From the NCBI GenBank assembly GCA_951406725.2, contig OX597825.1:32302001-32366000 (forward strand): 64,000 nt of DNA, read 5' to 3'. Below are positions 12,953 through 28,097 of this stretch, in pieces (the stretch's first letter is position 1; each line of letters starts with the position of its first letter). This stretch comes from Octopus vulgaris (taxonomy: Eukaryota). Below the pieces are notes generated by a model. That model was not told the DNA's origin. It searched no databases and saw nothing but the letters and a program-made list of their open reading frames with translations. The position numbers were made by a program, and so were the translations under genes.

Positions 12953-14840
12953 TGTGGATGTACGTATATGATTTATAATTGAATATGTTCCGTTAAACTA
13001 AATTAATAGATATATTATACTATACTACATCCTAACTTGGTAATGAGGTTTTTAAGTCGAAGTCATTGTTCCAGCGAACAGACTCCATCGTTTTCAAGCA
13101 TCTCCACCTCACACAAGCACATACACATACACACAATGCAGGAAAGAACCAAGTGCGATAATGAATAAATATATGAGAAGGTTGTTTGTAGAAGGAACGA
13201 AAAAATCAACCAAAAACTCTCGAAATAAACAAGACGATAATTACGTTGGAGCAATGAAAACGAGAAAAGTCTTTGAAAAAGAATTCATAGAGTGACGGGA
13301 AAAAAACTGACAGGCATTACGAAACAAAACAGTACATTCTATAGAAAATATAATTTAAAAGGAAGATTGACCCTTCATCAAGCATCGTTAAAGCATTATA
13401 TGTAGTTTCGAGAATACCTGTTAACGTTTACCAGAAGATGTTTGGCGATGTTCAGTGGTTAATGGCTTGAAGTTATAAAGATAACGGCAAGACGTAATCG
13501 GAATACAGACAAGAAATGCAAATAGTCTTTGTATGGAAATGGGACAAACAAGACGTGTAAATAAGTATGTATTAGAATATCACCCCCAATACACACACAC
13601 ATGAAACATAGCCTGGTTTCCGTGATATCGGCTTACTAACATCGAGTACATCTCAGAGCTTAAATACTTTTCTCCCTTACACCTCGAACTCTAGTAGTCA
13701 GTGAACAACTCTACCGGTACAAATGATCATCGTTTTGGCTTCAAAACGAACACCATCAAGAAGACTAATGTCGTCGCCTAACCAAACATAAATACCGATG
13801 TATCTCACACATTGTACAAGTCAATCGTCTTGCTCACAGTGCATAATATTATACAGAAAAGTTTGCTCAAGCAGCTGCCATTTCCGTTGGCCAAATAACT
13901 CCGTTCTGTAACCGAAATAGTAAATTCAGTGAGAGAATCGAGAAACTGTTTCAGGTCGATTTTTTTTCCAGCCGGAGTGCTTGACTTTGGCACGTTCAGC
14001 TATATCTATAAGTTATTTGAGCTGATTTTACTATAGAAAACAGGTACTTAGGATATCTTTGTCAAGGACTTGTCTTCAGTCAATAGTTTTTACATTCTCT
14101 TTTACTCTTTTACTTGTTTCAGTCATTTGGCTGTGGCTATGCTGGAGCACCGCCTTTAGTCGAGCACTGCGATAGTAATCATTTCTCACATACTCACCTG
14201 GCATATTTTCATGATACACTAACTACACTCATGATAAGCACGTTTGCACTCATATCCGCATAGCGCCAGCCAGGTTCTGAAGATAATACTGGTTGTGCAA
14301 ACTCATTGATAATGTCACACACAATAAGATTACAATGTCTCACAGACCCAGTTATTCCGTCATATCCCTTCCCTACACACATACACGAAGGTCCATCAAG
14401 TCATTTTCAAGGATGACTGATGACTCGCGTGGTGACTTTGTTTCAAATGAAAAAGAGTTGCCAACCGTCAACCTTAATCTCTCGTCCGTGAACGTCTTCA
14501 ATCCAGGAGCAAGACCAGGTCAAGACGACTGGGGACGGAGATGGATGTAGTGGATGACCAAGATGTCTTTGCACTCCACAACACGTTCCTGTGGGTGCCT
14601 TCCCCTCAATTGAACCAGGAATGTTTCTTCCTAAGAGCCTGCCGGATCCAGTCTTCTCATTCATAAGTAGTCAAGCCCTAATATCCCTAACATGCTAATT
14701 AACCCACAACCGGGATCCTGAGATTTGTAGCTGCTCTGGGTCAGAGTAAGCCTGAGAATAACACTGTGTATCCACACATGAAAAACACATACACACACAC
14801 TTTGAAATATGTATGCGTAGAAGTGTTTGTGTGGTATGTA

Positions 14841-15002
14841 GGCACAGGAGCGGCTGTGTGGTAAGTAGCTTGCTTACCAACCACATGGTTCCGGGTTCAT
14901 TCCCATTGCGTGGCACCTTGGGCAAGTGTCTTCTACTATAGCCTTGGGCCGACCAAAGCCTTGTGAGTGGATTTGGTAGATGGAAACTGAAAGAAGCCCG
15001 TC

Positions 15003-15042
<40 letters not shown>

Positions 15043-15225
15043 ATATGTTTGTCTCCCCCCCACCAACATCGCTTGACAACCGATGGTGGTGTGTTTACGT
15101 CCCCGTAACTTAGCGGTCTAGCAAAAGAGACCGATAAAATAAGTACTAGGCTTACGAAGAATAAGTCCTGGGGTCGATTTGCTCTACTATAGGCGGTGCT
15201 CCAGCATGGCCGCAACCAAATGGCT
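14841..15225 (+). mobile_element. SINE family C (tRNA-derived head, CORE-like CACCTTGGGCAAGTGTCTT segment, internal microsatellite)
   Basis: TGTGTGGTAAG / GGTTCATTCCC boxes; homologous copies at 24930-25340, 50460-50950 and 55225-55610. Confidence 0.85.
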
Positions 15226-15680
15226 GATATACACAATATGCAAAACGCGTTCTTTCACAATCTAAAAATGTATTCATACACAAGCCTTCGTATTAACAAG
15301 ACTTATACAAACATATACCTTATGCTTTTGGAAATGCAGTATTTTCTTTCCAAATGTGGTTATATTGGAGAAAGATTATTTCTAACGCTTCATTTTTTTT
15401 TATTTGTTGAACATCTCTCTGGGTCCTTCCTGGCGTAGTTATTTCTTTTAGCTGTTGAAAGGAATATTTTATAGTTGAGATTTTGGCTCATACATTAACA
15501 AACTACACTCTCCGACATTAAATCATAAGTATGCACTCACGCGCGCACACACACACACACATACATATATGTGCAAGGAAAGCATGTATATGTGTGTGTG
15601 TTTGTGTGCTTGTGTGCTTATTTTGTATCTAAAGCATGAACATATACATATACACATATACGTATACACATTTACATATC

Positions 15681-15711
<31 letters not shown>

Positions 15712-15776
15712 CTATCTATCTCTCTCTATATATACATATATACATATATATATTTGTGTGTATGTATGTATATTTT

Positions 15777-15821
<45 letters not shown>

Positions 15822-16437
15822 GTAAATACATATTTATATATAATATATATACTTTTATTTATGTGTATGTTTATATGCATGTATGTATAAATATGTAAAC
15901 ATACTCACGCGAACGCACACAAACACATATATACACGCACGCTTACATAAGTATAGGCATGTATTCTTGTATATAAGGGTATATCGGTATATACACATAC
16001 ACACATATGCATATATCTACATATATATATACGTATATGTCTATACGTATACATATATGTACACATATAGGAAAACAAATTTAAAAAGCAGCCACATTAA
16101 AAACGTAAAACCGTTTAGACTACGGGAAGCGTCCGAAATGTGATGTCTTATCATCGATTTGTTTTGAAGACTGATGCACGGACGTTAAGAAACTAATTTT
16201 CTTCTCTTCCCTGTCTGTAACTTAAAAGATAAGAAAAGAAGAATAACGACATCAATAACAACTACAACAACAAGAGCAACAACAATAATTACCACTGTAA
16301 AACTGTTATGGCTATGATAAATATATGTTAGTAAAAAGAAAATATTTAAAATTAATTAAAAAAAAAAAAGAGATGTAGAAATGACGACTAAAGAAAGTAA
16401 AAGGGAAAGTTTCGTATTCAATATTTGAGAAAAGTAA

Positions 16438-17045
16438 GGCGGCGAGCTGGCAGAAACGTTAGCACGCCGGACGAAATGCTTAGCGGTATTTCGTCTGCCA
16501 TTACGTTCTGAGTTCAAATTCCACCGAGGTCGACTTTGCCTTTCATCCTTTCGGGGTCGATAAATTAAGTACCAGTTACCCACTGGGGTCGATGTAATCG
16601 ACTTAATCCGTTTGTCTGTCCTTGTTTGTCCTCTCTGTGTTTAGCCCCTTGTGGGTAGTAAAGAAATAGGTATTTCGTGTGCCGTTACGTTCTGTGTTCA
16701 AATTCCGCCGAGGTCGACTTTGCCTTTCTTCCTTTCGGGGTCGATTAAATAAGTACCAGTTACGCACTGGGGTCGATATAATCGACTTAATCCGTTTGTC
16801 TGTTCCCTCTGTGTGTAGCCCTTTGTGGGCAGTAAAGAAATAAGGATCTTTAGTGCGCCAGACAAAATGCTTAACGGCATTTCATCCAACTTTACGTTCT
16901 GAGTTCAAAATCCGTGGACGTCGGCTTTGCTTTTCATCCCTTTCGTGGTCGATAAAGTAAGTAGCAGTTTGATACTGGAGTCAATGTAATCGACTTACCC
17001 ACTGCTCTGAAATTGCTGGCCTTATGCTAAAATATGAAATCAATA
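16438..17045 (+). mobile_element. SINE family A dimer followed by an older copy
   Basis: Unit 16438-16668, second unit starting GGTATTTCGT at ~16669, third diverged unit from ~16850. Confidence 0.9.
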
Positions 17046-17509
17046 TTTGTGAAAGCTAAACATAAGAACGACAGTCATACCATTAAAGGAAGGGAAGGAG
17101 TCTTTAAGCGGTCACTCAGCTTGTTAGACATAGCAGCCAAATCTCTAATTATATTGTATCGTCAAAAACAGGGCGAGGAGCACATTCAGTACTATAGTAC
17201 TTGGTAGACATTGCCCGAAAGAGAAAAAATCTTCAATGCGTTTGATCATTGGTGTTCTGAACCAGGGCTGGTAGTTGAGTACAAGAACAATAACCGCAGT
17301 AACAACCGCAATGACAACAACAGAAAGTCAAGGAGTAAGATTCCCTGTTGTGAATTTGTTGCTAGAAATATTAGCCAAAATCACCTCCAAATCTTACTGT
17401 ACTGTTTGAAATAGGCCGTAGGACACATTAGATTAATACAAAAACGGCTTGAACGTCTTTGATCGTGAATCTGTTGAACCAGGTTTAAATAGCAGCAACA
17501 TCAATAATC

Positions 17510-18125
17510 CTTTCTACTATAGACACAACAGTTGAAATTTTGAGGGAAGGGCCAGTAGGTTATATCTACACCAGAGTTCGATTGGGAGTTATTTTATCGA
17601 CTCCGATAGGATGAAAGGCGGAATTTTAAAACAACTTAAAGACGGAAGAAATGCCGGTCACCATTTTGTTCGGCGTGCCAGCTCACCAAATATTGGTTTC
17701 AAATTTTGGCACAAGGCTAACCGATTACATTAACCCCTCCCAGTGCTCAATTAGTAATTATTTTATCGATCCCCGAGAAGATGAAAGGCAAAGTCGGCTT
17801 CGGCAGAATTTGAGCTCAGAACATAAAGACGAACGAAATGCCGTTAAACATTTTACCCAGCGTACTAACGATTCCGCCCAACAACAACAATAATATTAAT
17901 ATCTATTTCTTTACTACCCACAAGGGGCTAAACACAGAGAGCACAAACAAGGACAGCCAAACGGATTATATCGACCCCAGTGCGTAACTGGTGCTTATTT
18001 AATCGATCCCGAAAGGATGAAAGGCAAAGTCGACCTCGGCGGAATTTGAACTCAGAACGTAACGGCAGACGAAATACGGCTACGCATTATGCCCGGCGTG
18101 CTAACGTTTCTGCAAGATCGCCGCC
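17510..18125 (-). mobile_element. Cluster of three SINE family A copies; youngest at 17904-18125
   Basis: 21-bp TSD AACAACAATAATATTAATATC at 17883-17903 and 18128-18148. Confidence 0.85.
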
Positions 18126-18239
18126 TTAACAACAATAATATTAATATCATTAAGAAAAATAATTTCTTTAAGCTTGGCGTAAAGCTGGTGTGGAATCCCG
18201 TCGTGCGTGTATACACACGCGCCCGTGTGTATACATACA

Positions 18240-18510
18240 TACAGGGTTTTTGGTCAAACTGGCGATATTTCATGTCTTCTTTTTTTTTCACAAACAGCTT
18301 TATATATTGGTGAAGAGAATGGCATTGGAGAGAATAACGATTAAAGCTGTGGTTGAGAAAATGTTAGATAACATGGAGGACTGGAAGCCATCTGAATATT
18401 GGTAAAGAATTACCTGTATCATAATGATTCGCGTCGGGTATCAAAGTGCTGACATCATAACTGCTGCTCAATGCTCTGTGAACACTGTAAAGGCTGCAAG
18501 ACATGACAAC
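18240..18510 (+). mobile_element. Tc1/mariner-superfamily 5' end remnant (TIR-like start and HTH-like N-terminus)
   Basis: TA|CAGGGTTTTTGGTCAAA start; reading MEDWKPSEYW*RITCIIMIRVGYQSADIITAAQCSVNTVKAAR resembles a transposase helix-turn-helix. Confidence 0.45.
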
Positions 18511-18760
18511 GGAGTCTACGTCATGGCTGGAATGTAATAGCCTTTTGGTACGTCTGCAAAAGGTGCGTGGCGTTTGTGTATGTGTATTTGTAGTAGTAGT
18601 AATAGCTGTTGTCTGTTTGTCTTGTCATTCGAACGGGAAAAATTTATTTACTACCTCGATGTACAATAACAATTACATCATGGTAGTGTCATGATAGCTA
18701 TTTACAAAAACACAAAATCTCTTACGTTCGCTTTCGTTTATTTCTTAGTAATACCACCGA

Positions 18761-18858
<98 letters not shown>

Positions 18859-19071
18859 GTATATCTGTCTGTCTATCTATCTATAAATATGTATATTTAA
18901 GTATATATATTGTACATACATATGCATACATATGTATATATACATATATACATAGATATACATATATACATATATATACATATATGTATACTATATATAT
19001 ACATACATGTATATATATATGTACATATACATATATGTATATAAATATACATATATACATACATACACACG

Positions 19072-19109
<38 letters not shown>

Positions 19110-19124
19110 AACACACACATACAC

Positions 19125-20028
19125 ACATGGAAGAATGCGAGCAAGAAAAATAATATTCTTAAGATTATAAACATGGAAAAGTACAGGACAAGTTATTACA
19201 TATGGTAAAGTACGGAACAAGAAAATTTTTACTTAAAATATTGCAGCTAAGGATAAAATTTCAAATAAAATATTTAGATTTAGAAAATATTAGCTTTTCT
19301 TAAAACTAAAAATTTTATTACAATTTTATAACTGTCAAATCTATTAAAATGAAATAACTCAAAATATTTTTTGTACTTTAAAAAATTCATTCTTTTTAAT
19401 TATTAATTAATGATTAGAAATTTGGAAATAGGTTATAAAAAATAATAGTAGTACATAATTAGTACAATTATTAGAATAATACAAAAATTAGTTATATATT
19501 ACAGTAAAATCTATCTGTAGCAAAAAATTCAGAGTAAAATTTGCTTGAGTTATTGCCTAAGTTATTGCCAAGTCTTCACATTTTTAGTCTTGACTAATCG
19601 TTTATTTTTTACATAATGAATTTGCCTACCATATATAATATTCTACTTTGCATAAAACCTTAGATATACTGGTATTTCTGGCTCCCACTTTTTTAGTATT
19701 CTAGTGTGTCAATATTTTAACAAAATGATGGTACCATTTTTAATTATAATGTTATAAAATAAATTTTAATATTCAAATTTTATTTATGATTTAAAATTTT
19801 AATTATAACGTTATCAAATAAATTTTAATATTCAAATTTTATCCTTTGCTGCAATATTTTAAGTAAAAATTTTCTTGTTTTGTACTTTACCAGATATAAT
19901 AACTTGTCCTGAACTTTTCCAAGTGTAATAACTTGTCCTGAACTTTTCCAAGTGTAATAACTTGTCCTGTACTTTTCTATGTTTATAATCTTAAGAATAT
20001 TATTTCTCTTGCTCGCAGTTTTCTATGT
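19125..20028. mobile_element. AT-rich foldback/MITE-like element with ~150-200 bp TIRs
   Basis: GCGAGCAAGAAAAATAATATTCTTAAGATTATAAACAT...GGATAAAATTT is mirrored at ~19825-20028; the right arm carries a 29-bp unit repeated about three times (19897, 19926, 19955). Confidence 0.8.
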
Positions 20029-21284
20029 AATCCATATTTTTCCAGGTTATGCTATTATACTAATTAATAATGTGTCAAATGTGTCAATAAACGGTGTCGT
20101 TGATAATTTTTTCCTTACCGCAATGTTACCGGTGACATATATTAAGAGTTCCCTTATAGAACTATATTCGTAAAAATATATAAAACTATTATCACCCTCA
20201 AATTTGAGAAACAAACACTCATAACTTTTTTCTTTGAAAACATCATTGCTTGAGATTGATTGATACAATGAAATCCCTCGAATTGAGATCTATCATTTAA
20301 GCTTAATTAAAATGTAATTTGTTTTAAAATAAAAAAAATTAATTATACTTAAATCCAACTTTTTGCCTTATTTTTTTTTCATGATATTTTACCTCACAAC
20401 TTTTTTATACAAATTTTTCTTGCATAGGACCAAAATTATGAAATCCCTTATGTTTTCTTCTATAATTGAAGCTAAGATACAGTTTGCTTTTAAAATAAAA
20501 AAAATTATTTAGATCTAAACTTGATTGGAGGTGTTACTTACTCTCCTATAATGTTGCTACAAATTTTAATGTAAACTCTTTTCTACTGGACCATTTTATA
20601 TCAAAATGTAGCTTCAAACATATTAACAGTCCGCTTCAAACATATTAACAGTTTTTAATTTGGTTAAGAACTGAATCAACGACAAGCTCCGAAAGATGCT
20701 GCGTGTGAGTAAATTGCGACCTTAAGAATATTATTCAACTACTACCGTAGTTGAATGATATATATGATTTTTAGTAGAAGATAAAAACTTTGGTTGTCAG
20801 TAATTTATACCCAAATAAACGAAATCATACTTTATAAGACGTAATTGGACGGGATACGTTGTTCCATTCATGTACTTTTAGGATCAATAAACACATGTAT
20901 ATATTGAAATAATTCAAATAATAGAATTTAAATGAAGACATTCTACTCGAGTATACAATGATGACATAAGATCATAAGAAACGTGTATGCGTGTGTAGAT
21001 ACATGTAATCAAGGGAGATTAAAAATTGTAAATACGAAATATGAAAAGGAACAGCCAGTTAAAAACCTACGGCCGTTTCAGAAAGTATTAAAGGGCTGCA
21101 GGAACAATTCGTATTTAGCTCCATCGAAATCCTATTTTCTTTTTCAGGGTTCACTGTTCGTGGTAAAGTCAAGTTAAGTTATACATGATGAATTCCTATT
21201 GGTGGGTAGGCGTCGAATGATTAATCTATTAAAAAATAGTTGATAAGATAGACGCAGGACCATGCATAAGGATATATATTTATA

Positions 21285-21327
<43 letters not shown>

Positions 21328-21329
<2 letters not shown>

Positions 21330-22170
21330 ACTCCAAACATGAACAAGCAAGGAAAAACAAGAACGCGAGGACGTGGAATAAGTACAGTGTTATTGGACGC
21401 TTAGGAAAGGAAAGAAAAGAAAAGAGGATTTCACGTTTCGTGGGGAGCTCTTCCTCAGAAATATAGAAAAAGTCCAAAGAAGAGAAGACGAGAAAGAAAA
21501 TCGCCAACGATACACACTCGGTCACATATTGAAATGACTGGAAGGGAATGGGTGAAGAAAAAAGTTCTTTCAAAGACAGGAGAGTGCAAGAGCAGGAGGT
21601 ATGTGAGTATATGTATGGGTATATGCGTGCGCGCAGGTCTGTGTGTGTGTGTGTGTGTTTTGTGTGCGTGTGTAATGATAGCAGGTGTATGTGCATGTAT
21701 GTGTGTGTGGTTGAACTTAGTATCGTTTAAGGTCATAGGAAGAATTTATAGTAAGAATTTTGGTAGGAGTGGCTGTCTGTTGTGTGTCTACCTACACGTG
21801 TGCGTAGAAGAATGGTCAGTAGAAACGTACTGGTAGTTTTAAGTATGTGTATGTAGTGTGTCTGCCTTGTTTGCAGTGTGTATGTATGTGTGTACGCGTG
21901 GGGTTGTGTATGTGGAATAACTGTACATTACTCAGTGTGTGCGCTTGTATGTGTGTGTGTGAGTGCTTGTATGTGCTTGTGTGTGTGTACATGTATGTAT
22001 AATTGTGTGCATGTATGTATGAGTGTGTGCTGTGTGTGCATGGGAGGTATGTGTAGGTTCATTTGCGTTTGCGTGTGAGTGTATGTGTGTGCATATGTAT
22101 ATGTTTGTGTGTGCGTGTGAGTGCATGTGCGTGTGTACATGTGTATGTGTGTTCCGAAAAAGTAACACAC
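21328..22170 (-). mobile_element. Penelope-like (Neptune-type) 3' terminal remnant: CA-rich UTR plus hammerhead-like motif
   Basis: Minus strand CTGAGGAAGAGCTCCCCACGAAACGTG at ~21431-21458; downstream segment is similar to the 24640, 37515 and 48850 elements; ends in (TA)n. Confidence 0.55.
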
Positions 22171-22317
22171 GTTAAAGCATCGAGCAATAATGTATTTATA
22201 TGCACTTAAGTATATGTCCGGTCATAGAGTGACCAATGGTTTCATATCCAAAAACGCTTAACTCTATGGACGATTCGTCAGACTCTAATGGCGAAGGTCA
22301 TATAGCTCTTCAAACTG

Positions 22318-22585
22318 TGGAATTTGAACTCAACGTAGCGACGGACGAAATACCTATTTCTTTACTACCCACAAAGGGCTAAACACAGAGAGGACAAACA
22401 AGGACAGACAAACGGATTAAATCGATTATATCGACTCCAGTGCGTAACTGGTACTTATTTAATCGACCCCGAAAGGATGAAAGGCAAAGTCGACCTCGGC
22501 GGAATTTGAACTCAGAACGTAAAGACAGACGAAATACTGCTAAGTATTTCGCCATCCGTGGTAACGTTTCTGCCAGCTCGCCGCC
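22318..22585 (-). mobile_element. SINE family A with a partial second unit
   Basis: Full unit plus the GGTATTTCGTC-junction fragment at ~22320-22352. Confidence 0.85.
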
Positions 22586-22980
<395 letters not shown>

Positions 22981-23954
22981 ATAATAATAATAATAGTAAT
23001 AATAATAATTATAGTTTTCTATCGAATTCCACTCGAGAGAATGGTAGAAAATATTTCCTGAAAGTGCTGTGCAATGGTATGGAACTCTTAACCGCGTGAG
23101 TGTAAAACGAATTCTCTAGCCACATAACAACTCTCCACGTGAATAGACGACGATAACAACGACAACAACAGCAATAATAACAGCGATTAAAACAACACAT
23201 CGCTAACAATGTCAACAACAATAAGGGCAACAACAAAGACTTTGGTAAATAAAAACAGATAACCAAAGTTTTTTAAGAAATATAAACATGGAACAGTGAA
23301 TGAGTTGCAGAAATTATTATCTGGAAACAGTGAAAATGGTGATGAATTGATAGGAAGAGGAGAGGAAAAAAAAAATGATTATAAAAGACAAAAATATAAA
23401 ATAAAATGAACTTGGCACCATTAGTGAGATATAATATTATCTTAACAAAAACTTCACCAATAATATACTAGTTCTTTAGAGAAAAAAGAGGATGTTTTAA
23501 GCATTTCTTTTTAGTTCTTTCTTCTCAATATTAAAATGGCCATGACGTCTTCACAAGTTGAAGATAAAACGTGATCAAAAGAAATTGTATCCGTTTTATT
23601 TTAATAACTTTTATTTTTTATTTATTAAAAAAATATTTTAGTTGTTATGGTTGATATCGTTGTTATTGTTGCTATTGTTGTTTTCGTTTTCGTTGGTAAC
23701 TATGTCCCTGTTTTCTCCCCAGGTAAACCTTGGTTCAGCGCACCTGCGAATGTAGAGCGTTCCTAATATGTCTGTCTCGTCTTTCTTCCCAACACGATTG
23801 ATTGCATTTCTCAGTGCGTCCTTCCCTTTGTATAGACCTTTGAATTACTGTTTTATAATATGTGGCTGCTATTTCTAGCTGGTTGTGGCACCAAATAAAG
23901 GCCCCTAATGTTTTGGGTATATTCTTTATTGATTGGATATTTGGCTTTCAGATT

Positions 23955-24031
<77 letters not shown>

Positions 24032-24639
24032 AGCGCGATTTGTATGCATGCCTCTATCTGACTGAGGCAAGTCGTTTCGTTGGTGAATGGATGTGTGGCA
24101 TTGAAGAGCAGAAATGACCGCGAAATATCGATATCTGTCGCTCATGCATGTATGTATGCATGTATGCGTGTGTGTGTGTAAGTGTAATTTAGAGCACATT
24201 CAAGTTTGACTCAGTTAAAAGCCTATAAATTTATCTCGTTTGTTTTTATTGTTTCTTTTTCCTTTTATATAAATAGCAGGCATATTGCTTCTATCCATTT
24301 AAAATCCCCCTTAATCTAGGTTAATGCAACAACACGATCAGATTAATGCGATTCTCATTAAATCTGAACTAGGGTACTAGTTGATATTTGCCTAGACTAA
24401 AATATAAAAAAAAAGAGTACATTTCCTTAGAAGATATAGGTATATGGCATTTATGTATTACTCTAAAAGATGCTTATTGTAATTACAATTAAATCGGTGA
24501 AATGCTCATTACAGGGCATTGTGAGTAAGAAATGATAGCTGAGATGGGAATAAGAAACATAGATATATTGAGTGAATTTGAAACAGTCGTTTAGTACGGG
24601 TGACTTGCATTGCAGTGCAATCATTTAACCGTTTTCTTT

Positions 24640-24810
24640 CTCTCCGTTTGTATCCCTTTCTCCATCTATTTTCACACTTCATTCCGTTCTGTAGAAGATC
24701 ACGGGCTCGAAACGTCAAAGACTAAATTTTCCAGGGCGTCCAATTAATACACCTTGTTTGTTGTTCCCTTATCTGTTTCTGTTTCTTTGGTAAATTTTTT
24801 ACTATATATG
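24640..24810 (+). mobile_element. Penelope-like terminal remnant with hammerhead-like motif
   Basis: CTGTAGAAGATCACGGGCTCGAAACGTCAAAG at 24689-24720; homologous to the 38235 and 48937 motifs. Confidence 0.5.
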
Positions 24811-24811
24811 A

Positions 24812-24892
<81 letters not shown>

Positions 24893-24929
24893 TATATATA
24901 TGTATGTATGTATATATATATATATATAT

Positions 24930-25101
24930 ACTCTTTTACTTGTTTCAGTAATTTGACTGCAGTCATGCTGAAGCACCGCCTTTTGTCGAGCAGATCGACC
25001 CCAAGACTTATTCTTTGCAAGCCTAGTACTTATTCTATCGGTCCCTTTTGCCGAACCATCGGTTGTCAAGTGATGTTGGGGGGACAAACCCAGACATAAA
25101 A

Positions 25102-25172
<71 letters not shown>

Positions 25173-25340
25173 CGACGGGCTTCTTTCAGTTTCTGTCTAC
25201 CAAATCCACTCACAAGGCTTTGGTCGGCCCGAGGCTATAGTAGAAGACACTTGCCCAACGTGCCACGCAGTGGGAATGAACCCGGAACCATGTGGTTGGT
25301 AGGCAAGCTATTTACCACACAGCCATTCCTGCGCCTATAC
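24930..25340 (-). mobile_element. SINE family C with internal (CA)n(TA)n
   Basis: Reverse-complement match to 14841-15225. Confidence 0.85.
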
Positions 25341-25349
25341 ATCTATATC

Positions 25350-25432
<83 letters not shown>

Positions 25433-25435
<3 letters not shown>

Positions 25436-25625
25436 GGTCCCGGGTTGAGTCGGGGTTAACCACAGTAAATAAGGTACTCAATACATAGCAGAGTAAATTA
25501 ATTTATTTTATAGAAGGAGCTTCTACAAGACTAGAACTGTTTCATTCAAATCAAATCATCAGGAAGCTCCTGATGATTTCATTTGAATGAAACAGTTCTA
25601 GTCCTGTAGAAGTTCCTTCTATAAA

Positions 25626-25631
<6 letters not shown>
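25433..25631. mobile_element. TA-anchored palindromic mini-element carrying a hammerhead motif on each strand
   Basis: 25501-25631 is a near-perfect palindrome. Minus strand reads AGCTTC-CTGATGA-TTTGATTTGAAT-GAAA-CAG-TTCTAGTC-TTG-TA-GAAGCT. Confidence 0.75.
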
Positions 25632-25666
<35 letters not shown>

Positions 25667-26309
25667 AATGTATGTGTGTAATCTGTTGGGGGATGTATCA
25701 CGTGACATTTGACACAAGGCATATCTAGCAGCTAGCTCTCTGCCGTGACTTGATGTCTTTACTCTAGAACCATCTTTTACTATCCGAGCCATGACTAAGG
25801 TCTTCCACAGTACTCCCATCACGGGACAGAGGAGACTTGGATATAACAGTATCTCCATACTTCTCCGAAACTCCTGACCTATTGAGTCGGAACCTAACCA
25901 TTTGATGTACGTTAATATCTTGCTAAGGATATGAAAACTATACGAAGTACCTTACGGAAAGAAAAATAACACAGTATAAGAAATCGATGCAAATAAAGAA
26001 AAGAAGGAAAGAAATTTGATGCAGTTTACGAGATTATTGACTTGTGCCGGCATAGGAACGAAAAAAAATAGTAAAGAAGTAAAAGAAATAAATGGAGTAA
26101 ATAATGAGTAAATAAACAGATTTGAATTGGTTGTGTCGTTAAGAATTTCGCTTCAAAAGTACGTGGTTTCAGGTTCAGTCCCAGTGTGTTATACCTATAC
26201 TTGACTTATAACACCGAGATGATCATCGACCTGTGAGTGAATCGGGTGAGCGAAAATTGTGACAAAAACCTGTAGTGTGTGTGTATGTGTGTGTTTGTGT
26301 GTGTGTGTG

Positions 26310-26375
<66 letters not shown>

Positions 26376-26418
26376 CACACATACATATATATGTATGCAA
26401 GGTATGTATGTATGTATG

Positions 26419-26495
<77 letters not shown>

Positions 26496-26647
26496 CATTA
26501 CTTATATTAGAGAAGGGCAGGCAACAAATTTATTCAGGTGTCTAATTTACAGTAATATGTTGAGTAGAAGATTAAAGGAGGAAAATGGCTACCTCTTGGA
26601 ATCAAAAGCATATTGCAGTAACTCATATAATATCTATTGACAAAAAC

Positions 26648-26718
<71 letters not shown>

Positions 26719-28097
26719 GTTAATTCGTAACCGAGGTGTACGTTTACGAATTAATATGTTTATGTATATGTGTGTATGTATGTGTGTGTGTATGTGTGTG
26801 CAAATGTGTTGATTATATACACAGGTGCAAGACCAGATGCTTGGAATGACAGTCGATGATTTATATATATATATATACACACACACATATATATGTACAT
26901 ACACACACACATATATATTGTAATGCCTTCCGAATTTTTTTGAGCCCACCAAATATCACTCACAAGGTTTTGGTCAAGCCAAGGTTTTGGTAGAAGACAC
27001 TTGCCCTATGTGCCAAGTGGTGGGATCGATATAAGACCTACATTGTTGCAAAATCGAGCTACTTAACACACCCATGACTACTACGCCCATGATTTTATTC
27101 CGCTCTCTATTTAGATTCCTTTCAAGATTATCATTTACCATTTCCACCATCATAAAGAACTACACCGAATAATTCTGGATACCAATAACAAATTCACCTA
27201 TAACTACACTTTGTCTCTTCTCTCTCTCTCTTTCTGATTCTCTTTATCTTTCTCTCTTTATCTGTCTCACACACAGACAATTCAGTCAGCTTTACAAATG
27301 AGCTGTCCGGTTTCCTGTATAAATATATAATGTTAAATTTAGTCTTAACAATCACCTCTAGCATGAACTCACAATGCCATTTAGTAAAACTTAATTCGCA
27401 ATCAAACACTCGAAATTTATAATGAAATATTGATTTTCGATACAGATAGTAGCACACTAATACAAAATACTGTATTTCTGAAGTCAGACTTAATCTTTTT
27501 ATGAACAGAATCTAACAAACAAGGACCTTTCAAGGTACATTAGCTTATGTGTTACACAATATGAAAGGACCCTAGATATAGTATATATATATGCACATGG
27601 AAGATGTATATTCCATGATAATTACAGCGTCGGGTAAACCTGTATGTCGCTTTCAAAACAATTAATTATGCATTTATTGTACACACCGATGCAATCTCAA
27701 CTAATTCGCTCATAAAACCGAATTAGATAAGGACAGAACAAGCTTGAAACGAGTACCGAAGCAATAAAAATATCAATTAAATACAGAAAATTTATCACAA
27801 ATTCCTAATCAAAACTCTTCAAATATGTCAAGTAATATTCTAGCATGGCTTTCATCGCCATGTTGAAATCAGACTAAAAATCAAAAAGAGTACTGCACAG
27901 CCTTTTCCGAACATGGGTCGGATTTAAGAAAAAAACGGTGCCAGTGGGCTGGATTCACATTTTAGTCTTTCATTTTTTAATACAATTACTTAAAATGGTT
28001 TGAAAAAGTATTCAGAACTGAAAATATTGCTTTTATTATTTTATTTACAGAAATTACTCAGTATATAATTATTATTCATTTAAAAATTTTATTTATG

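Noticed and set aside
14417-14460. CTGATGA...GAAA motif in a unique-looking segment
   Set aside because: No stem I or III pairing found; the segment 14170-14700 remains unidentified.
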